From Eledone cirrhosa (taxonomy: Eukaryota): a stretch of 64,000 nucleotides of DNA. The stretch lies in the NCBI GenBank assembly GCA_964016885.1, contig OZ024740.1, forward strand, positions 2,914,001-2,978,000, given 5' to 3'. A program made the translations under genes and the position numbers. Position 1 is the stretch's first letter. Every line of letters begins with the position of its first letter. The notes beneath the pieces are model-generated. The model did not search any database and had not been told where the DNA came from. It was given only the letters and a program-made list of their open reading frames with translations. Positions 55,862 through 64,000 of this stretch are shown here, in pieces.

Positions 55862-58800
55862 AGTTCTCCTAGGGATAAACAGTTCACCTGAAGTTAAACA
55901 GTTTACCTAGGGTTAAACAGTTCACCTTAGGTTAAACAGTTCCCCTTGGGTTAAGCAGTTCACCTAGGGTTAAACAGTTCACCTAGGGTTAAACAATTCA
56001 CCTAGGGTTAAACAGTTCACCTAGGGGTAAATAGTTCACTGAGGGTTAAACTGTTCACCTAGGGTTAAACAGTTCGCCTTGTGTTAAACAGTTCACCAAG
56101 GGTTAAACAATTCACCTAGGGTTAACGAGTTCACCGAAGGTTAAACATTTCACCTAGAGTTAAACAGTTCACCAAGGGTTAAAAAGTTCACTTAGGGTTA
56201 AAGAGTGCACCAAGCGTTAAACAGTTCACCTAGGGTTAAACAGTTCCTCTAGGGTTAAACAGTTCACCTAGGGTTAAATAGTTCACCTACGGTTAAACAG
56301 TTCACAAGGATTAAACAGCTCATCTAGGGTTAAACAGCTCACTAAGGGTTAAATAGTCCACCTAGGGTTAAACAGTTCACCAAGGGTTAAACAGCTCACT
56401 GAGGCTTAAACAGTTCACCTAGGGTTAAACAGTTCCCCTAAGGTTAAACAGTTCACCTAGGGTTAAACAGTGCACCGAGGGTTAAATAGTTCACCTAGGG
56501 ATAAACAGTTCATATAGGATTAAACAGTTCACAAAGAGTTAAACAGTTCACCTAGGGTAAAATAGTTCACCTAGGGTTAAAGAGTTCAACTTGGGTTAAA
56601 TATTTCACCTAGGGTTAAACAGTTCACCAAGAGTTAAACAGCTCACGGAGAGTTAAACAGTTCACCTATGGTTAAATAGTTAACGAAGGGTTAAACAGTT
56701 CACCAAGGGTTAAACAGTTCACTTAGGGTTAAACAGTTCACTTAGGGTTAAACAGTTCACCTAGGGTTAAACAGTTCCTCTAGGGTTAAACAGTTCACCT
56801 AGGGTTAAACAGCTCACTGAGGGTTAAATAGTCGACCTAGGGTTAAACAGTTCAGCTAGGGTTAAACAGTTCACCTAGGGTTAAACAGCTCACTGAGGGT
56901 TAAATAGTCCACCTAGGGTTAAACAGTTCACCAAGGGTTAAACAGCTCACTGAGGCTTAAACAGTTTACCTAGGGTTAAACATTTCACCTAGGGTTAAAC
57001 AGTTCCCCTAAGGTTAAACAGTTCACGTAGGGTTAAACAGTTCACCAAGGGTTAAAGAGTTCACCTAGGATTAAACAGTTCACAAAGAGTTAAACAGTTC
57101 ACCTAGGGTTAAATAGTTCACCTAGGGTTAAAGAGTTCACCAAGGGTTAAACAGCTCATTGAGGGTTAAACAGTTCACATAGGGTTAAAGAGTTCACCAA
57201 GGCTCAAACAGTTCACCTAGGGTTAAACAGTTCACCTAATATTAAACAGTTCACCTAAGGTTAAACAGTTCACCTTGGGTTAAACAGTTCACGAAAGGTT
57301 AACAGTTCAGCTCGGGTTAAACACTTCACTTAGGGTTAAACAGTTAAACTAGGGTTAATCAGTTCACCTAGTGTTAAATAGTTCACCTAGTGTTAAACAA
57401 TTCACCTAGGGTGAAACATTTCCCCAAGAGGTAAACAGTTGAACTTGGGTTAAACAATTCACCTAGTATTAATGAGTTCACCAAAGGTTAAACAGTTCAC
57501 CTAGGGTTAAACAATTCACCAAGGGTTTAACAGCTCACTGAGGGTTAAATAGTTCACCTAGTGTTAAACAGTTCACCTAGGGTTAAATAATTCACCGAAG
57601 GTTAACGTTTCACTTAGGGTTAAATAGTTCACCTAGGGTTAAACAGTTCACCTTGAGTTAAACAGTTCACCTAGGGTTAAACAGATAACCAAGGGTTAAA
57701 CAATTCACCTAGGGTTAATAATTTCACCTCAGGGTTAAATAGTCCACCTAGGGTTAAACAGTTCACCTAAGGTTAAACAGTTCACCAAGGGTTTAACAGC
57801 TCAGTGAGGGTTAAACAGTTCCGCTAAGGTTAAACAGTTCACCAAGGGTTAAATAGTTCACCTACGGATAAACAGTTCATATAGGGTTAAACAGTTCTCC
57901 TAATGTTAAACAGTTCACCTAAGATTTAATAGTTCACCTACCGTTACACAGTTCGCCTAGGGTTAAACAATTAACCCAGGGTTAACAAATTCAACTAGGG
58001 TTAAACAGTTCACCTAGGATTAAACAGCTCACTATGGGTTAAACAGCTCACTGAGGGTTAAATAGTCCACCTGGCTTTAAACAGTTCACCTAAGGTTAAA
58101 CCGTTCACCTTGGGTTAAACAGTTCACCAAAGGTTAACACTTCACCTCGGGTTAAACAGTTCATCTAGTGTTAAATAGTTCACCTAGAGTTAAACATTTC
58201 ACCAAGAGGTAAACAGTTGAACTTGGGTTAAACAATTCACCTAGGGTTAATGTGTTACCTAGGATTAATGAGTTCACCTAGTGTTAAACAGTTCACCGAA
58301 GGTTAACGGTTCATTTAGGGTAAAAATAGTTCACCTTGGGCTAAACAATTCACCTAGGGTTAATAAGTTCACCTAGGCTTCACGATTTCACCAAAGGTTA
58401 AATATTTCACCTAGAGTTAAACAGTTCACCAAGGGTTAAAAAGTTCACTTAGGGTTAAACAGTTCAGCTAGGGTTAAACAGTTCCCCTAAGGTTAAAAAG
58501 TTCACCTAGTATTAAACAGTTCACCAAGGGTAAAATAGTTCACGTAGGGATAAACAGTTCATATAGGGTTAAACAGTTTACAAAGGGTTAAACAGTTCAC
58601 CCAGGGTTAAATAGTTCACCTAGAGTTAAACAGTTCCCCTAATGTTAAACAGTTCCCCTAATGTTAAACAGTTCACCTAATGTTAAACAGTTCACCTAGG
58701 GTTAAACATTTCACTTAGCGTTAAACATTTCACCAAGAAGTAAACAGTTGAACTAGGGTTAAACAATCCACCTAGGGTTAATGAGTTCACCTAGAGTTAA

Positions 58801-61800
58801 TGAGTTCACCAAAGGTTAAACAGATCACCAAGGCTTAAACATTTCTCTTAGGGTTAAACATTTCACCTAGGATTAAACAATTCACCAAGGGTTAAACAGT
58901 TCACTGAGGGTTAAACAGTTCACTGAAGGTTAATGGTTCACTTAGGGTTAAATAGTTCACCTAGGGTTAAACAGTTAACCTTGGGTTAAAAAGCCCACAT
59001 AGAGTTAAAAGTTAACCAATGGTTAAACAATTAACCCAGGGTTAATAATTTCACCTAGGGTTAACGAGTTCACCGAAGGTTAAACATTTCACCTAGAGTT
59101 AAATAGTTCACAAAGGCTTAAACAGTTCACCTAGGGTTAAACAGTTCACCTCGGGTTAAAAATTGCTCCTAGGGTTAAAAGGTTCACCTATGGTTAAACA
59201 GTTCATCTAGGATTAAACAGTTCACCAAGTGTTAAACAGCTCACTGAGGGTTAAACATTTCACCTAGGGGTAAACAGTTCACCTAGGATTACACAGTTCC
59301 CCTAGGGTTAAACAGTTCACCAAGGGTTAAATAGTTCACCTAGAGATAAACAGTTCATATAGGGTTAAACAGTTCCCCAAGGGTTAAACAGCTCACTGAG
59401 GGTTAAACAATTCACCTATGGTTAAACAGTTGACCAAGGTTTAAACAGTTCACTTAGGGTTAAACCGTTCACCTAGGGTTAAACAGTTCACCTAGTGTTA
59501 AACAGTCCCTCTAGTGTTAAACAGTTTACCTAGGGTTAACTATTTCACCTACGTTTAAACAGTTCACCTAGGGTTAAACAGTTCACCTAGGGTTAAAAAT
59601 TCACCTAGTGTTAAACAGTTCACCGAAGGTTAACAGTTCACCTAGGGTTAAACAGTTCACCAAGGGTTAAATAGTTCACCTAGGAATAAATAGTTCATAT
59701 AGGGTTAAACAGTTCACCTAGGGTTAAATAGTTCACCTAGAGTTAAAGAGTTCAACTTGGGTTAAATATTTCACCAAGGGTTAAACAGTTCACCTAGTTT
59801 TAAACAGTTCCTCTAGTGTTAAACAGTTTACCTAGGGTTAAATATTTCACCTACGGTTAAACAGTTCACCTAGGGTTAAACAGTTAACCTTGGATTAAAC
59901 AGTTCACCAAGGGTCAAACAGCTCACTGAGGGTTAAACAGTTCACCTAGGGTTAAACAGTTCCCCTTAGGTTAAACAGTTCACCTAGGGTTAAACAGTTC
60001 ACCAAGGGGTAAATAGTTCACCTAGGGAGAAATAGTTCTCCTAAGGTTAAACAGTTCACCTAGGGGTAAACAGTTCACCAAGGGTTAAATAGTTCGCGTA
60101 GCGATAAACAGTTCATATAGGGTTAAAAAGTTCTCCTAGTGTTAAACAGTTCACCAAGGGTTAAATAGTCCACCTAGGGTTAAACAGTTCACCTAGGGTT
60201 AAACAGCTCAATGAGGGTTAAACAGTTCACCTATGGTTAAACAGTTCAGCTAGGGTTAAACAGTTCCCCTAAGGTTAAACAGTTCACCTAGGGTTAAACA
60301 GTTCACTAAGGGTTAAATAGTTCACGTAGGGATAAACAGTTCATATAGGGTTAAACAGTTCACCTCGAGTTAAATAGTTCAATGAGGGTTAAAGAGTTCA
60401 CCTAGGGATAAACAGTTCATATATGGTTAAACAATTCACAAAGGGTTAAAGAGTTCCCCTAGGGTTAAACACTTCCCCTAGGGTTAAAGGTTCCCCAAGG
60501 GTTAAACAGCTCACTGAGGATTAAACAGTTCACCTATGGTTAAACAGTTCACCAAGGGTTAAACAGTTCTCGTAGGGTTAAACAGTTTACCTAGGGTTAA
60601 ATAGTTGACATAGGGTTAAATAGTTCACCTAGGGTTAAATAGTTGACATAGGGTTAAATAGTTCACCTAGGGTTAAACAGTTCACCCAGGGTTAAATAGT
60701 TCACCTAGAGTTAAACACTTCACCTAATGTTAAACAGTTCACCTAATGTTAAACAGTTCACCTAGGGTTAAACACTTCACTTAGGGTTAAACAGTTCACC
60801 ATATGTTAAAATTTTGACCTAGGGTTAAACATTTCACCAAGAGTTAAAAAGTTGAACTTGGGTTAAACAATCCACCTAGGGTTCATGAGTTCACCTAGGG
60901 TTAATGAGTTCACCAAAGGTTAAACAGATCACCAAGGCTTAAACATTTCTCTTAGGGTTAAACATTTCACCTAGGGTTAAACAATTCACCAACGGTTAAA
61001 CAGTTCACTGAGGGTTAAATAATTCACCGAAGGTTAATGGTTCACTTAGGGTTAAATAGTTCACCTAGGGTTAAACAGTTAACCTTGGGTTAAACAGTCC
61101 ACCTAGAGTTAAACAGTTAACCAATGGTTAAACAATTAACCCAGGGTTAATAATTTCACCTAGGCTTAACGAGTTCACCGAAGGTTAAACATTTCACCTA
61201 GAGTTAAATAGGTCACCAAGGGTTAAACAGTTCACCTAGGGTTAAACAGTTCACCTCGTGTTAAAGATTGCTCCTAGGGTTAAAAAGTTCACCTAGGGTT
61301 AAACAGTTCACCTAGGATTAAACAATTCACCAAGGGTTAAACAGTTCACTGAGGGTTAAACATTTCACCTAGGATTACACAGTTCCCTTAAGGTTAAACA
61401 GTTCACCTACGGTTAAACAGTTCACCAAGGGTTAAATTGTTCACCTAGAGATAAACAGTTCATATAGGGTTAAACAGTTCACAAAGGGTTAAACATTTCA
61501 CCTAGGGTTAAATAGTTCACCTAGGGTTAAAGAGTTCAACTTGGGTTAAATATTTCACCTAGGGTTAAACAGTTCCCCAAGGGTTAAACAGCTCACTGAG
61601 GGTTAAACAATTCACCTATGGTTAAACAGTTAACCAAGGTTTAAACAGTTCACTTAGGGTTAAACAGTTCACCTAGTGTTAAACAGTTCCTCTAGTGTTA
61701 AACAGTTTACCTAGGGTTAAATATTTCACCTACGGTTAAACAGTTCACCTAGGGTTAAACAGTTCACCAAGGTTTAAACAGTTCACTTAGGTTTAAACAG

Positions 61801-63958
61801 TTCACCTAGTGTTAAACAGTTCCTCTAGTGTTAAACAGTTTACCTAGGGTTAAATATTTCACCTACGGTTAAACAGTTCACCTAGGGTTAAACAGTTCAC
61901 CTAGGGTTAAACAGTTCACCAAGGGTTAAACAGCTCACTGAAGGTTAAACAGTTCACCTAGGGTTAAACAGTTCACCAAGGTTTAAACAGTTCACTTAGG
62001 GTTAAACATTTCACCTAGGATTACACAGTTCCCTTAAGGTTAAACAGTTCACCTACGGTTAAACAGTTCACCAAGGGTTAAATTGTTCACCTAGAGATAA
62101 ACAGTTCATATAGGGTTAAACAGTTCACAAAGGGTTAAACATTTCACCTAGGGTTAAATAGTTCACCTAGGGTTAAAGAGTTCAACTTGGGTTAAATATT
62201 TCACCTAGGGTTAAACAGTTCCCCAAGGGTTAAACAGCTCACTGAGGGTTAAACAATTCACCTATGGTTAAACAGTTAACCAAGGTTTAAACAGTTCACT
62301 TAGGGTTAAACAGTTCACCTAGTGTTAAACAGTTCCTCTAGTGTTAAACAGTTTACCTAGGGTTAAATATTTCACCTACGGTTAAACAGTTCACCTAGGG
62401 TTAAACAATTCACCAAGGTTTAAACAGTTCACTTAGGTTTAAACAGTTCACCTAGTGTTAAACAGTTCCTCTAGTGTTAAACAGTTTACCTAGGGTTAAA
62501 TATTTCACCTACGGTTAAACAGTTCACCTAGGGTTAAACAGTTCACCTAGGGTTAAACAGTTCACCAAGGGTTAAACAGCTCACTGAAGGTTAAACAGTT
62601 CACCTAGGGTTAAACAGTTCACCAAGGTTTAAACAGTTCACTTAGGGTTAAACAGTTAACCTTGTGTTAAACAGTTCCTCTAGTGTTAAACAGTTCACCT
62701 AGGGTTAAATATTTCACCAAGGGTTAAACAGTTCACCTAGGGTTAAACAGTTCCCCTTAGGTTAAACAGTTAACCTAGGGTTAAACAGTTCACCGAAGGT
62801 TAACAGTTCACCTAGGGTTAAACAGTTCACCTTGGATTAAACAGTTCACCAAGGGTTAAACAGCTCACTGAAGGTTAAACAGTTCACCTAGGGTTAAACA
62901 CTTCCCCTTAGGTTAAACAGTTGACCTAGGGTTAAACAGTTCACCAAGGGTTAAATAGTTCACCTAGGGATAAATAGTTCATATAGGGTTAAACAATTGA
63001 CAAAGGGTTAAACAGTTCACCTAGGGTTAAATAGTTCACCTAGGGTTAAAGAGTACAACTTGGGTTAAATATTTCACCAAGGGTTAAACAGTTGCCCAAG
63101 GGTTAAACAGTTCCCCTAGGGTTAAACAGTTCCCCAAGGGTTAAACAGCTCATTGAGGGTTAAACAGATCACCTATGGTTAAACAATTCACCAAGGGTTA
63201 ATCAGTTCACCTAGGGTTAAACAGTTTACCTAGGGTTAAACACTTCACCATGGGTTAAATAGTTCACCTAGAGTTAAACAGTTCACCTAGGGTTAAACAG
63301 TTGACCTAATTTTAAACATTTCCCCTAAGGTTAAACAGTTCACCTAGGGTTAAACAATTCACCAAAGGTTAACAGTTCACCTTGGGTTAAACATTTCACG
63401 TAGGGTTAAACACTTCACCTAGGGTTAAACAGTTCACCTAGTGTTAAATAGTTCACCTAGTTTTAAACAGTTCACCTAGGGTTAAACATTTCACCAAGCG
63501 GTAAACAGTTGAACTTGGGTTAAACAATCCACCTAGGGTTAATGAGTTCACCTAGGGTTAATGAGTTCACCAAAGGTTAAACAGTTCACCAAGGCTTAAA
63601 CATTTCACTTAGGGTTAAACAGTTCACCTAAGGTTAAACAATTCACCAAGGGTTAAACAGCTCACTGAGGGTTAAACAGTTCACCTAGTGTTAAACAGTT
63701 CACCGAAGATTAACAGTTCACCTAGGTTTAAATATTTCACCGAAAGTTAACGTTTCACTTAGGGTTAAATAGTTCACCTAGATTTAAACAGTTCACCTAG
63801 GGTTAAACAGTTCACCTAAGGTTGAACAGTTCACCTTGGGTTAAACAACTCACTGAAGGTTACCAGTTCACTTAGGGTTAAAAAGTTCACTGAAGGTTAA
63901 CAGTTTATTGATGGTTAAACAGTTCACCTAGGGTTAAACAGTTCACCAAGGGTTAAAT
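55862..63958. repeat. 19-bp diverged satellite, about 8.1 kb, roughly 425 copies
   Basis: Consensus CACCTAGGGTTAAACAGTT. Confidence 0.98.
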
Positions 63959-63963
63959 AATAC

Positions 63964-64000
63964 CTGTGGGTGATAATGTATCCCTGCCAAAATTTACAAG
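63964..64000 (-). CDS. Putative upstream exon end of the same unidentified gene
   Basis: ...CKFWQGYIITH-AG|gtatta donor; only 37 nt are visible. Confidence 0.4.

Noticed and set aside
55862-63958. True telomere or interstitial (TTAGGG)n
   Set aside because: The period is 19 bp with a single GGG per unit and no tandem hexamers, and unique sequence resumes at about 63959.

Overview
AT-rich, repeat-dominated metazoan DNA. The SINE/RTE families suggest a mollusc, probably a coleoid cephalopod such as octopus (inference, not searched). Layout: (1) 1-35230 is a 65/66-bp satellite whose monomer and right flank translate like the C-terminal part of a Rex3/Expander-type RTE LINE ORF. (2) 35.8-36.9 kb is a 5'-truncated RTE LINE, with partner tRNA-derived SINEs scattered to 55 kb. 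(3) 38-48 kb is a (TA)n-rich zone holding several fold-back elements. These carry minimal type I hammerhead ribozymes (HHRs) of at least four sequence families, including a near-identical 591-bp tandem plus inverted HHR repeat resembling a Penelope pseudo-LTR or retrozyme. (4) 48.0-53.6 kb has five phase-consistent minus-strand exons of a CDC25/RasGEF domain resembling Epac/RAPGEF4. (5) 55.9-64.0 kb is a 19-bp satellite that appears to fill the intron of an unidentified spliced ORF. Almost all ORFs in the supplied track are repeat artefacts.
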